From the NCBI GenBank assembly GCA_035084275.1, contig CM068742.1, forward strand, positions 122,016,001 to 122,080,000: a stretch of DNA of 64,000 nucleotides, given 5' to 3'. Shown in pieces: positions 1-13,010 of this stretch (its first letter is position 1; each line of letters starts with the position of its first letter). The translations under genes were made by a program, and so were the position numbers. Source of the DNA: Hydrolagus colliei. Taxonomy: Eukaryota. Below the pieces are notes generated by a model. That model did no database searches and had not been told where the DNA came from. It worked only from the letters and a program-made list of their open reading frames with translations.

Positions 1-642
1 AGCGCTTAAAATAATAATATTAATAATAATTCTTGCATTTGATATAGCGCTTTTCACGTCTTCTAGACATCTCAAAGCGCTTCAAAGAATATAGTGTAAA
101 GTGAAATTGACTTATATTGGTGGGCGAAATGCTGTAGCCAATTGCGCACAGCAATGTCCCACAAACAGTCATGGGTTGATATGACAATTTTATTACAATA
201 TTGTGTTTTTTTTTGTAAAAGTAGAAGACATGCAGTTAAATTTCAACTCTTTTTAAAAGCTGTTTGGGTGAAAATCTACCTGGCTCCAGACTTACTCTGT
301 TTATTTAGAATTAGAGCATCCAGAATTAGGAACAGTATCAAATTTAGCCTTAATTTTGAGATTAGTTTTCTGACTTTATAAGAACTAACAGATAAACAAC
401 TTCAAAATTAAGGCTGTATTTAAGAATTTGCCAATTTAGGACATAATAAACTAAGTAAATCCCCTTTTGTATTGTGTTATGGGAGAATCCTCCATAATGG
501 AAGCTGCCAGATTTGTGAATATTATATACTATTAAAAAGAAAAGTTGAACTTCAGAATCAACAATTAAAAAAAGTCACCTGCAGCCCACATTTCTCCTTA
601 GCACCTAATTCCTGCTCTCACCAAATTCTCTTCTTGGCCCTA

Positions 643-912
643 TCATCTAGACATCTCAAATCACTTCACAGAATATACTGTAAAGTGAATAGACTGTATA
701 TTTGTGGGCGAAATGCGGCAGCAAATTGTGCACAGCAGTGTCCCACAAACAGTCATGGATTGAAGTGACCAATTTATTATTTTGATTTGAGGAATTATCA
801 TCAGGCATGTGGAGCAAGGAAACTTGCCCAAGGTTTTGCCTTGCTGGGAATCGAATCCAAACCTTTCGTTTGCAAGGCGGGTGCTCTAACCACTGAGCTA
901 CATGACTCCACA
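643..912 (-). mobile_element. tRNA-headed SINE with Deu-like body, 3' end clipped
   Basis: The - strand begins gtggagtcatgtagctcagtggttagagcac (A box) ... ggattcgattccc (B box). The body tgtgggacactgctgtg...gctgccgcatttcgccc recurs throughout the window. Confidence 0.85.
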
Positions 913-1127
913 TGATTTACTCTGTTATTAGTGTGGCTGTGATTACTGGGGCTGTTTTCACTAATAAATGTGTTAGGAATTCCTTTAGAAAGTTTATTGC
1001 TGACAGTGTGATTGCTAAGGACATATTTCTTTATATTGCATCAAGCCTATGGATTGATAGTTTGAGTTTTATAAAAATTAGAAGTACAGCTATCAAGCAT
1101 TGTGACAATGATGTTATTCATTTTCAG

Positions 1128-1182
1128 ATGCCAAAAATCAAATGCAACATATAATAAATGCTTGCGAGAGGCACAAGTTTGA
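1128..1182 (+). CDS. EPGN: Epigen-like gene, last coding exon (cytoplasmic tail); upstream exons lie outside the window
   Basis: Acceptor ttcattttcag|A, phase 2, reads (R)CQKSNATYNKCLREAQV*. This resembles the recalled human epigen tail RCLKLKSPYNVCSGERRPL. Its position directly upstream of EREG matches the EPGN-EREG-AREG order. Confidence 0.72.
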
Positions 1183-2810
1183 CTCTGCTCCCATCACGCT
1201 TCCCAAGACAGACGCTCATGATAAAGGCAAAGAGTTTTGTTGAAGCATTATTACTGAAGAACGTTGGGTCATGAAACACTCCAGGTACTGAGCACTGACC
1301 AGAACATGGGCCACGGAATTCAGCAGTTTCCGTGATACAACATCTTCTTTGAAATCATTGGACATTTTACTGCTTTGTGAAAAAAATTCCTGTTAGATTT
1401 TTTGAATTACCTGATGTATTCTCATTGAATTTGCCTTTTTCCCACTCTGTGCCACTTAAGATACCTTGTCCATTCTTCATGTGCGACCTCACAAGTGTCA
1501 GCAAACTATTGAACATCACAACCGAGTTCCTCTTCTTATCTGACCTCCAGCCTGTATAGTATAGTTAATTGGGTTGGATCCCTATTTGAGAGGGGATGCA
1601 TCATTCACTTTCTACTAGGGTCCGTCGATATGGAAATTTTCCGATTTAGATATATCGATGGGCTCATATCGAGATATACCGAAATATCGATATTTTTGGG
1701 TTTTTCGTACTGCGCATGCGCGCGCATTCGGGTGCGCATGCATTCGGGGTGTGCGCGCATTCGGGGCCTATCTCCTCAGGAGGTAAATATCTTTCTCTCT
1801 CTGTGTCTCTCACACTCACTCTCTCCATCTCTGTGTTATTCTGTCTGTGTCTCTCTCCTCTCTCACATCCCCCCCATCTCTATCTATCTGTATATTATCA
1901 CATCCACCCCGCAACCCCCCCCCCCCCCCCCCCCCCCGCCGTCTCTCTCCCCCTCCCATCCCTTGCCTACCTGTATATTGTATTCGAGCACTACGAATAC
2001 AATATGGCGGCTTTGCACCTCGGTCTGTGCATTGTGTATAGAGATGAGCATTCTGGGTCTTGTAGGTGTGCGGCATTCCGATTTTTTACCTCGATATATT
2101 GATTTTTCGATATATCGATATTTTTAAAATGCCTATATCGGCATATCGATAAGAAAATTATATCGGGTTTTAGCGATATATCGATATATCGCCGGACCCT
2201 ACTTTCTACCTTACCAATTAATTTCCTAATTTTAAATACCTTAGTCACACAATCCCTTAACCTCTTCAGCTCTAAGGAATAATAACCCATGTATATCCAG
2301 CTCCTTATCCTAGCCGAATCCCTTAATTCTTGGCATTAATCTATAAGTAGTTAATTCTCTCTGGACATCCTCCAATATTCTTCCTAAAACTGAACGCAAT
2401 ACTCCAAATGAGGCCTGACCAGAGCTTTATACAACTGGAACATCACATGCTTTTTTTTTATGTTCGGCTCCCACAAATGGAAATTTGCTTTCCCACATGT
2501 TAAATGTTGTTAACTGCAAAACAAAGGTTCCTGTGACCATCTCCTTTTCTGATTAGTTCAGTTCACATTCCTTTTACCTTAGTATTAAAACTTAATGAAA
2601 AGAACATGAAATTTACTTGTGTGTCTATGGTCAAAATACCCATTTTTAAAAATTGAGCAGTTTAAAACTTATGTATTTATTCTGAAAATCATGTTATTAT
2701 AAATAATTTATTTGTTTTTATCTAAAAACATATCCTGTAAAATGGCTGATTCGTGGTGCCGAGAGAATGCATTTCATATTTCTAATAAAAGTTTACAAAG
2801 CACCTTTTGA
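1183..2810 (+). other. EPGN: Putative EPGN 3'UTR with AU-rich stretch and polyadenylation signal
   Basis: ATTTA-containing tract at ~2670-2715; AATAAA at 2784-2789 followed by a GT/T-rich downstream element. The end point is inferred. Confidence 0.4.
1616..2201. mobile_element. Non-autonomous hAT-type DNA transposon (MITE)
   Basis: TIRs TAGGGTCCG(T/G)CGATAT; perfect 8-bp TSD CTTTCTAC at 1608-1615 and 2202-2209; many subterminal CGATAT/ATCGAT motifs; CpG-rich; internal poly-C tract. Confidence 0.9.
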
Positions 2811-5156
2811 GACACAGATTTTGTTATGTTTTTATGTGTGTTTAACTTTGCATGTCTACAATAAGAAGTACTGGATAATGGAGGTAGGTATGAGCCTAGC
2901 TCAATTGTAGCACTCCCTCTAAATCAGGATTAATATAGCTAATCTAGGATGCCACTTCAATGGAGTGCTTGGGGTATGTGGGTGGGTTGGTGAGTAGGGT
3001 CTGTATTGTCGGAGGTACCATCTGGATGACATATTAAACAGGTTCCATGTGTTTGTTCAAGTGGATGTTAAACATCCCAAGGCACTATTTGGAAAAAGAA
3101 GAGTTTCTCCTGGGCAACAATCCTCCAGACAAAATTGGTCAACATCTAGAGAGTAATAGTTACAGTATAATAACAATAATAATCCTTGCATTTGATAGAG
3201 ATTATTTTATCTCACTAGGACATCACATAGCTCTTCACAGGATTTGCTGTAAAATGGAATCACTATGTATTTTATGACTATAATAGCCAATTTGACATAG
3301 CAATTAACTAAATTAATTAGTTCTGATTAAAAGATGATTTGCATTCAATTTATGTAACTTTGTTGTTGCACTATCATAATTCATAAGTGTTTTGCTTTGC
3401 GATACTTTTGGCGCTCATGAAAATTAATGTGACCAGATTAATTAATTTCTCCTCGTTAAAGGCACCTCTAACAATAAAGCACACACTCAGCACCACATTA
3501 GAGTATCAGCTTTGACTTTAAGAGTTCCAACTCCTGACGTGGGGCTTGAACCCACAACCTTCTGACTCAAAAGAGTGAGCCAGGCTGACCCACAAATAGT
3601 GCTGATGAAGCATTAACAGCTCCATGGATTACTGTGGAGCTGTCTGTATTTTTGAGTAAGTTTGGCAGCATGGAAATCTTGTCTTTATTCTGCGTCTTAT
3701 CCTGACTACCCAATTGACGCTGTAACTGTGGTCAAAATAGAAAGAAAAAATCCTTATCCTTCATCTTAGTGAGTGCAAAGTATATTACAAAGAAAAACAT
3801 CTTAAGAATTCTGGCAGTGCATAGAAGTTGTTGTGCAACATATGTCAGATGCAGATAATCTTTTAATTGGAACTGAAAAGGCCACTCACTCCGTATGTGC
3901 TCTGACGTTTGTCTCCAGCTGTGAGATTTCAGCTGTCAGAAGCTGTTCCTACTAATAAATAGGCTTGCGTTGGAATCAAAGTACAGTATACACCAACAAC
4001 TAAAATTAGGCAAGCAATGAGAGTCTATTCCATTCACACGATTACAGGAGCAGTGACGTTTAAGTGTGCAAAACTGAAGTAGATCAATCTGCTGATAACT
4101 TGGTGACGCACATGGCTGAATCAGAAGCCTGGCAATCATATTGATTCACGAACATTAGGAGAGTCTATCTCTTGCTGTCTACTTCGATGACTACTGGAAC
4201 TGAAAAGGCCACTCACTCCATATGTCCTGAAGCGCTCTGAGCCACCGTCCAGCGTGGAGGACGCTATATAAATTGAAGTTGTTGTTGTTGTATTTTAATA
4301 TACTTTGATACAAAGAGCCAAGCTGAGGGTATTTGTCCATGTCTTAAAACTGTGATACTTCTGTGTAGATGAGGCAGTGACAAGAGTACATAGTTACATA
4401 TCCTGTCAAGCGCTTTGAGATGTCTCTATGATATCCAATGCAAGGATTATTATTTGGCTCTTCTTGTGATGGCCTTCTAAAGAGAGTTTAGATGAATTTG
4501 TTTCACTTAGAGAATTATTGGGAAGTTCAGTGCCCTGCCAATGTAGGTGGTAGAGGTTGAGTCCACTGAGGTTTGCAAGAGGGTAGTGAATAGGATATAG
4601 ATGAAAGACAAAGGCTTGAATTGGTATGGATATAAGACAGGGCACAGCGATTGAATGAATCTTACTCTGAGAGCCAGTGAAATGGTCTCCTTTGATATTC
4701 TTGTTGTGATTATTGGAACAATATTCACTTCTATCTAACCCTCTGGCACTATTCCAGGATCTGTGGAGCATCCTTTTAGCACCCGCCCAGAGAAGGCTAA
4801 CACTTACTCTGCATTGTGGGTAAACACCCAAGCCCCAATATTTAACTGTGCTCCTTATTTCATGAATGTGACAGACATATTTTCTACACCTATTTCCAAT
4901 TAATGTCAAGTTAAAGTAGTGCTGTGATTTTACCTATGTCCCCATTGTGGATTAAACTGATGCTGTTTGAGTATTTCAATTTGAGGAGAGGCGTTCTTCA
5001 TATTCCAGATTAAACTGGACTGAAAATCTTATCCAAAAGAGTAGTATTGTAACCAACTGAACGGACCATATTCTGGTGATCCTGAATTCTCTAAAGAATT
5101 AAATAGAGATATTTTGGTAATACTGTACAATAAAATGATCCAAACTCTGTGTTCTG

Positions 5157-5430
5157 GTGTGTCAGCCTGGCTCAGTTGGTAGCACTCTCATCCATCACTG
5201 AGTCATAGCTTGTCAGAACTTTGAACTCACATGGTCCTAACTAATATTCCAGTGCTGGGGATATGCTGCATTGTCAGAGATGTAGTCCTACAGATGAGAC
5301 ATTAAAGATTCCATGCCACTATTCAAAAATAAATGGTTGTTTCTCCCAGTGTCCCAGCCAACAATCCTACTGAATAAAACATGATCATTCACTTCATGGC
5401 ATAAATTGGCTGACAGGCCTGCCTAAAAAC
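5157..5430 (+). mobile_element. Old degenerate DeuSINE (SacSINE1-like) copy
   Basis: gtgtcagcctggctcagttggtagcactctc...gagtca...tgtcagag...gatgagacattaaa...ccatgccactatt...tctcccagtgtcccagccaaca. Related copies at ~2890-3130, 9780-10090(-), 27190-27470, 47975-48275(-), 56855-57330 and 61280-61800. Confidence 0.7.
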
Positions 5431-5571
5431 ATAAATGATTGATAACGTGGCTGCTACCATTTTAATTCATCATAGACCTAGATTGAAAACCACGATCCTC
5501 TGATTTGTATGGCAGTATTGCTTCAGGTGATTCTTTCACTACCAGGCCATCAGAGGTGCTGGATTGATATA

Positions 5572-5932
5572 CAGGTAGACCCCACTTTACGTTATTTTGT
5601 TATTACGTTGCTGATACACTGGGAACATATATTCATTTAAAGTTGCAATGTTTGCTATTACGTTGTTCGCGTGGATGGAAAGGGGCCACGATGACGCTAG
5701 GATTGAGCCAGGCTGGCAGCGAGTGAGATTGGCAGAGAGTGAGTGAGCCGGGCAGGCAGTCAGGGAGCAAGTGCTATGGTTTTTTAAGAAAATTTTGAGG
5801 AAAAATATCTAAAAGAACTTAACTTCAGTTTTTACATTCATTCTTATGGGAAAAGTGTATTCACTTAATGTCGTTTCACTTAAAGTCACACGTTTCAAGA
5901 ACCAAAATACGATGTTAAGCGGCGTCTGCCTG
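5572..5932. mobile_element. Tigger/pogo-like (Tc1-mariner) MITE
   Basis: Imperfect TIRs CAGGTAGACCCCACTTTACGTT / CAGGCAGACGCCGCTTAACATC, both flanked by TA. A second, left-truncated copy lies at ~20488-21138. Confidence 0.75.
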
Positions 5933-6721
5933 TATTAATTGATGAATGACTGATTAAATGAACCGGTCTTTTCTATCATGTATGAATGGCACATTGAAAT
6001 TTGGTCTGTAATTAGATTATACTTCTCTCACACCCCATTATAGGATGTTTGTGCTCAGCCAATTGCTGGGTTCACCACTTCACTGCTGATTTTTTTTTGC
6101 AATAATGACTCATTAACAAGTAAGCTCCCTTTGGGCGTGCCACTGAGGAATGATCGAGAGTTGAGGCATGTCAGCCAGATGCATGACTTTAAACAACGAC
6201 AACGTCCACGAAACTAATGGCTGTTTGTACTCTCTTCACTGCTATTGATTCCTTAGCTTATTCTTGGGGCTGTGGAATGCTCTGTCAAATAGGATTATAG
6301 ATGCTGAGTCCATTGTGGCTTTTAAGAGTGAAGTAGACAGTCATATGAAAGAGAAGGCTTGAAGGGGTATTGGGATAAATAGTGTGGTGAGAGTGAATTG
6401 ATTTCCTTACCCTGTGAGACAGTGCAGACTTGATGGACCAAATGGCTTCCTTTCTGCACAGTATATTTCTATTTTTCTATCTTACACAATAGGTGGTGTA
6501 GACAAAATGAACAAACCTGCCCCTCCCCCATCCCCAACCTTACTTACTGTGAGAGAATATAAACAAGTGCCGGATAATATTTAGCTCTAACATTTTCAGT
6601 GGGTTTCCAATGGAATTCCTCAATAAAAAGTCAGAGTCACGAAAATGGGCATTTTCTGATAACCGAATGTGCATCGATAGAATCTCAATCCACTGTGCTC
6701 TCAACGGAATTCCCACCTGTA

Positions 6722-7038
6722 CTAATAATAATCTTTGCATTTGATATAGCGCTTTTCACATCTTATCGATGTCTCAAAGCGCTTCACAGAATATACTGTA
6801 AAGTGAATTGACTGTACATTTGTAGGTGAAATGCGGCAGCCAATTGCACACATCAGTGTCCCGCAAATAGTCGTGGATTGAAATGACCAATTTTTATTAT
6901 TGTGTTTTTTTTGGGAATGGATTATTATTAGGCATGTGGAGTAAGAAACTTGACCAAGGTTTCGCACTGATTTGCTTGGATTCGAACACAGGTCTCATGC
7001 TTGTAACGCGAGTGCTCTAACCACTGAGCTACAGGAGC
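6722..7038 (-). mobile_element. Near full-length tRNA/Deu SINE
   Basis: (ATT)n tail, L2-like tail gtgaaaagcgctatatcaaatgcaa, Deu-like body and tRNA head. Confidence 0.85.
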
Positions 7039-8421
7039 AATGAAGTCAAAATGGCGGGGGTGCTCACTCAGCAGCTAATCACAGATTTCTTGTGAACTTC
7101 ATATAGGGAGCACCCAGATAAAATAATTTCCAGTCCCCAGGTTTGTCATACCAAGGCCAATATTTTCCTTTTATGTATTTTGAAATGTCAAAGTACAGAA
7201 TGTTAAAATATATCTAAATTAATAATACAAATCAATACGCTAAATTTTAGTCCTCCTCCTGGAATAATATTAGATTAAAGGGGAGATGTTGTTTAGCACA
7301 GACCTGGAATGGACATAAGTTTGCGCATGGCAAGCCTTGCTGGATTTTGCAATGACTTGCAGTAATTGGTTGTTGAAGCTGAATTACAGGATTTTAAAGG
7401 GAATTATATAATATTAACAATAATCCTTGCATTTAATATAGCATCTTATCACATCTCAAAGATGTCTCAAGTGTGCTTCACAGTATTTCGGGGCGAAATG
7501 GATAAAGACCTGAAAGAAAGTAATATTAAAGAATGGAATTCTGGGATAAGGATGAGAATGGTTAGCTCCAAAGGGGAAGCTAGGAATACAACAACAACAA
7601 CAACAAAATTACATTCATAGAGCGTCTTTCATGTAATGTCACTTCACTTTATCTTGTTGGGTGGCAGTACACAGTTAAATGCACACTTACTGTAAAGCAA
7701 TTGAATCAAACATTAGGCTGCTCTCTAAAAGAAAACAAGCTCCACACATCAGCTTAGTACAACTTAATACAACTTTGATGAAGCTCGGAGCCCAGCTTAC
7801 TTACTATTTCTTATAAAAAAGGATTACCACCCCCTGAAAAGCGATCTGCCGATTGACTAACAAATGGGATCCTATCTGCCTATGTAAATAAAGCATGTGT
7901 AGTAAGGAAACTTCCTAAAGTTTGGGGGAATCATACACTGATTGTCTTACTTGCGAGGTGGGTACTCTAACCAATATGCTACAGAACTCATAGTCAAGGC
8001 TGACACAAGGCTGAAAGTGCAGGGGATCACTGTCTTCGAATAAGACACTAAATCGATATCCTGTCCAGCTATTCAGATGGATCTACAGGTCCCACAGCAC
8101 TATTAGAAACGAGAAGAAAGTTTCCATCTGTGTCCTAGCAAACAATCTTCCAGGAAAATCAATCACTCACTTGATGGTATTGCTGTGTGTATATTGGCTG
8201 CCATGTTTGCCTCCAATTACATATCCACTACAATTCACAATAAATCTTTGAAGTGCTTTGAGATGTTTCGATGAAATGATGAGATGCTATATCAACTACA
8301 ATGATTATTATTGTTATTATTCTGCCCCAACAAATTTCCTCAGGAAACATCAAAACAGTGCCCTCTACTGGACAAATATGATACTTTCCATTTTCCACAT
8401 CTCTGAATGCTGGTGTATCTA

Positions 8422-9128
8422 AATAACAATAATAATAATCCTTGCATTTGATATAGCGCTTTTCACATCTTATCGACGTCCCAAAGCGCTTCACAGAATA
8501 TACTATAAAATGAATTGACTTTTTGTGGGCGAATCACGGCAGCCAATTGTGCACAGCAGTGACCCACAAACAGTCGTGGATTGAAATGACCAAGTTTATT
8601 TTTGTGTTTTTTTTGGACGGATTATTATTAGGTGTGTGGAGTGAGGAAACTTGTCCAAGGTTTCGCCCTGACCTGCCTGGATTCGACCACAGATCTCCCC
8701 AGCTTGGTCTTCCCAGTTTGCAAGACAAGTGTTTTAACCACTAAGCCACAGGAGCTCCACAGGAATCCAAATACCTGTAATAATAATTGTTGTATTTCAT
8801 ATGTATTATCACATCTTCTAGATGTCTCAGAATAATATTCTGTAAAGTGAATTGACTGTATATTTTGTTGGTGAAACTTGGCAGCCAATTGTGCCCAGCA
8901 GTGTCCACAAATGGATTGAATGACTACATTTGGGGAGGAGTTTTTTTAAAGGGATTATTACCCCCACAAAAGAGATCCACTAATTGACTAACAACTAGGT
9001 TTCTACTATCTGCTACGTAACCAGAGGCATGTGGAGTAAGAAACTTGTCCAATGCTTTGCCTTGCTGGGAAAACGATCCCAGGTCCTCTCATTTGCGAGG
9101 CAAGTGCTACTAAGCTGCAGGACTCTAA
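8422..9128 (-). mobile_element. Two adjacent head-to-tail tRNA/Deu SINEs (~8422-8760 and ~8778-9128) of different subfamilies
   Basis: Both have tail, body and head. The first carries the ~14-bp head duplication; the second carries the extra ~60-bp internal segment. Confidence 0.85.
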
Positions 9129-11844
9129 AGGAGGTTACTAATTGGTGCCAAATAAAAGCAGTTTTTATGCTAATAAAAATATCTATTATATTATTAGCAG
9201 AAAAACTGGCGATAGTAATTTATCAACAAGTTGTAAACACTTTGATATTGATGTAAAGAACAAGTGGTATGAACATCAACCAGGAAAAGGGAAATTGAAA
9301 AATAACAATCTGGGACTCGCAAGTACATGCAGATAGAATACTAATCTGTAACAAACCAGATACTGTCTTATCATAAAGAACAATATGGATTGTACATGTA
9401 TTATTGACGTGGCTAGCCCATGTAAGAACTAAGGGACTAAAGAAAATCAGGAAATATATTGATTGGCAAATTAAATCTATGTGGCAGTATAAAACAAACA
9501 AGGTCACTGTAATCATCAATGAAACTATGATAATACTGTAGTCAATAAGACTATTCAGAAATGTCTAGACAAAATACCTGGTGAACAAAATATCAATCTC
9601 CTACAAAAAGTAGCTATTTTAGAAAGTTCATATATGCTAAAAGAAGTAACTTCCATTCATAAATAATGTGGCAGTTTAATTGTTCTGGCTGACCCATCAG
9701 TGAAAACCACTTAGACGCCACCTCTCCCAAGTGATTTACACTGTAATAACAATAATAATAATCATCCTTGTATTTGTAGGATGTACAGCAATGTCCCGCA
9801 AAACAGCCAATGAAGTGAATGACCAATTTTATTTAGGAGATGGTTGGCCAGGATAGCAGGAGAAACTCCCTTCTCTTTTCAGATATTCACAAATGATCTT
9901 TAATATCCACCTAAATAAGTAGTCATGACTATAGTTTAACTTGTCATCCAAAGGATAACACCTTGGACATCATAGGTCTCCTGCAGCTCTTAGAGTATCA
10001 GCCTGGACTGTGAACTTAAAGTCCAAGATGGGGTTTGAATCCACATCTTTTGACTCAGAGGTCAGAGTGCTGCCAACTGAGCCAGCCTAACAAGAACGAA
10101 GAACCCACAGCTACAATGAACTAGGTTAAGAATGACCAACCTTAAAGCTCTGCTTTTGTTTAAATTTTGTTTTAATTACGGATAAAAGTGGGAGTTATAA
10201 TAATGATAATCCTTGGATTTTTATTGCGCTTGAACACATCATTGAGACCATCTAAAGAACAAGATTAGAAGACCAAAGACAACAGGTAAGTAGAGATTTA
10301 TGCATTTTATTTAGAAAACAAGAACAACAAAATGTTATTCATATAGCACGTTCAAATCAGGAGGACATTCCAAGGAGCTAGACAATCAGTTGTTTTTAAC
10401 CTGAGCTGGGGGTCGGGATCGAGGAGGTTGGAGGGCAGGAGAAGAAGGAGGATGACCAAAGACACCATCGAAGAGGTTGTAAGAAAAGAGAGATTATAAG
10501 GGATTGGATTGCTTAGGTAAAAATAATATACTGTAATAATAATAATCCTTGCATTTGATAAAGCGCTTATCACTTCTTCTATTCGTCTGAAACCACTTCA
10601 CAGAATATATTGTAAAGTGAATTGACTGTATATATGTGGGCGAAGCGGTAGTATTAAATGAGCAAAATTAAAGATAAAAAGGACAAAGGAGAAAGGAAAG
10701 GAAATGGGAACAAGAGACGGGAGAACATGGGTAAAAGGGCACAATTACTTTTGTTTTAATTCCTTAAAATTAGTAGCTATTTTAGAAGTTCAAAGTTAAT
10801 ATGAGTGACAACGTTTTTCCTAATAGTGTAACTTTGCAACCATGATAACACACTATATGATTTTCAGTTTCACTCTGTATGACATAAAACTGAACCAATT
10901 GTCACAGTGAGCCATTTCGAAGTCTAAAGTTTATAGCTGATATTCAGAAGAGAGGCTGGAGGAAGCATAACGTGTTCCAGTTCCAATCTAGCCAAATAAA
11001 AGGGAGTTTTTCCTGATGTACTGCCCAACAATCCTGCACATAAATTAGTCATTCACGTCATGGTTGTTTATGGGACCTTACAAAATTTATATTTGCCCTC
11101 ATAAATGTTGCCCTCATTTGCTATCGTTACGAATTTATAGGCAAATAACACTTGTCTACCAATATGCAGTGACAGCAAATTTCCTTTGAGACATTTCAAT
11201 GTTATTAGCATCTTATCAAAGGTAAGGGATTATTGACTGAATAGCTGAGAACCAAAAGCAGTAAATTAATCATAAGGCTGCCCAAATGAGTACATGTGCT
11301 AGTTAGTTCATAGTATTATTCAACACATTACAAAATCATAAAGCCAACCCCAATGGTTCTACCACCTGTGAGGAAAAACACCTGGTTTATATTGTCGTGT
11401 AATTCGTACCCATGGCAAGGAAACAAAGATGATGTCATCAGCCAAGACATTGCCTTAAATGGATGCTGCTCCCTTATCTATTGTGGTCATTGTCTGAATG
11501 CTTCAGGTGATATCCATTTGCCATCTTGCTCCTCTTGTGATTGCTCAAAGAGGCAAAATGGACTTTAATATTACGCATGCACCAGCACTCTGTAGTACAG
11601 CCACCAGAGAGAGCTGAACTCATTAACACAGGTCACCCAGTGCACCTCACCAACACTCACAGTGGTAGTGACTCTGAACGTGAGCACCTCTGTCATCAGT
11701 CAACATAAACTAAATTGAAGATGTAGTTTCATTTCTCCCTGCAGTTCAAAATTTCTGCAAGAGGAAATGAATAAAAGCTTAAGTTCACAGCTGTCAAGCT
11801 GTTATGTATTTTCAATTGAGAAGGTCACAGATCCTTGCAATGGC

Positions 11845-12199
11845 CACAACAACAACAATTTGCACATATATAGCTCCCTACATGAAGGGTAGCATCTCAG
11901 ATCGCTTAACAGTGGTAGAGCCTGACTCTCAGTTGGTGGGGAGGGGGCAGGTGGCCATAATCACGGTCAAAAAGGAAGATTTTCTGGCTAGACTTGAAGA
12001 AGGGGAGAGAGGGGGCAAAGTGAAGGGATTGAGGGAGACTGTTCCAGAGTTTTGGAGCATAGTGGCTGAGTGCGCAACTTACAATGGTAGAGTGCAAGCA
12101 AGGGACAAGCAGGAAGCCAGTGGTATTGGGTGGTGGATTGGGGGGTGAGAAGGTCAAAGAGGTAGGCAGTTGCCAGGGAGTGAAGGGATTTGGACACTA

Positions 12200-12231
<32 letters not shown>

Positions 12232-13010
12232 CCTTGCATTTGATATAGCGCTTTTCACATCTTATCGACGTCCCAAAGCACTTCACAGAATATATTGTAA
12301 AGTGAATTGATAGTATATTTGTGGCCGAATCGCGGCAGCCAATTACGCACAGCAGTGTCCCACAACCAGTCATGGATTGAAATGACTAATTTTATTTTTG
12401 TGGTTTTTTTGGATGGATTATTATTAGGCATGTGGAGTAAGAAGCTTGCCCAAGATTTCGCCCTGACCTGTCTGGATTCGAACATAGGTCTCCCCAGCTT
12501 GGTCTCCCCAGTCTGCAAGACCAGTGCTCTAACCACTAAGCCAAGGAGATCTAGTGTGAGTATCATGAAGTCAATCCGTTTGGTGATGGAGTGGAGCCTG
12601 GGCCGAACTGATGAGATGGGGATATGGAGTTTGGTCATGGTAAGTATGTGGACAGCAGAGTTTTAAATGACCTGGAATTTTGAATAATGGAGCTGGGGAG
12701 ACCTGCAAGGAGTGCATTTTAGTAAAGCAGGCAGATGGTGACAAACACATGCACAAGGGTGTCAGCTGCATTTGGGGTAAGGAATGTTCAGAGGAGGGCA
12801 ATGTGGTGGATGTGGAGGAAGACGGTCCTGGTCAGGGACCAGATGTCGGGAAGGAAGAACAGCTTGGGGTCGAAATGGATGCCTAGATTGTGCATTGGTT
12901 TGATGAGTCTGAGGGAGAACCTGGGGAGGTTGAGGAGTACAGATTCGTAGGACAGAGACATTGATGGGTGTCAAGGGTTATGGCTTCCATCTTGTCCACA
13001 CTCAGCTGTA
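11845..13010 (-). mobile_element. Degenerate L2 LINE 3' fragment interrupted by a SINE (~12202-12550)
   Basis: Minus-strand peptide remnants (APKLWNSLPQSL...FFKS). The SINE is bounded by an apparent 5-bp TSD CTAGT at 12197-12201 and 12551-12555. Confidence 0.8.

Noticed and set aside
840-912. tRNA-like sequences here and at other SINE heads
   Set aside because: A/B boxes are present, but each is fused to a SINE body and degenerate; they are not tRNA genes.
1630-2290. Several overlapping ORFs, including a 165-aa polyproline ORF
   Set aside because: They lie within the hAT MITE; the proline run comes from a poly-C tract, and there are no transposase motifs.
11745-11900. Acceptor-like tttctccctgcag followed by an open frame
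   Set aside because: No similarity to EGF-family or other recognisable protein; it runs into an L2 tail, and the EPGN tail exon is better explained at 1128-1182.
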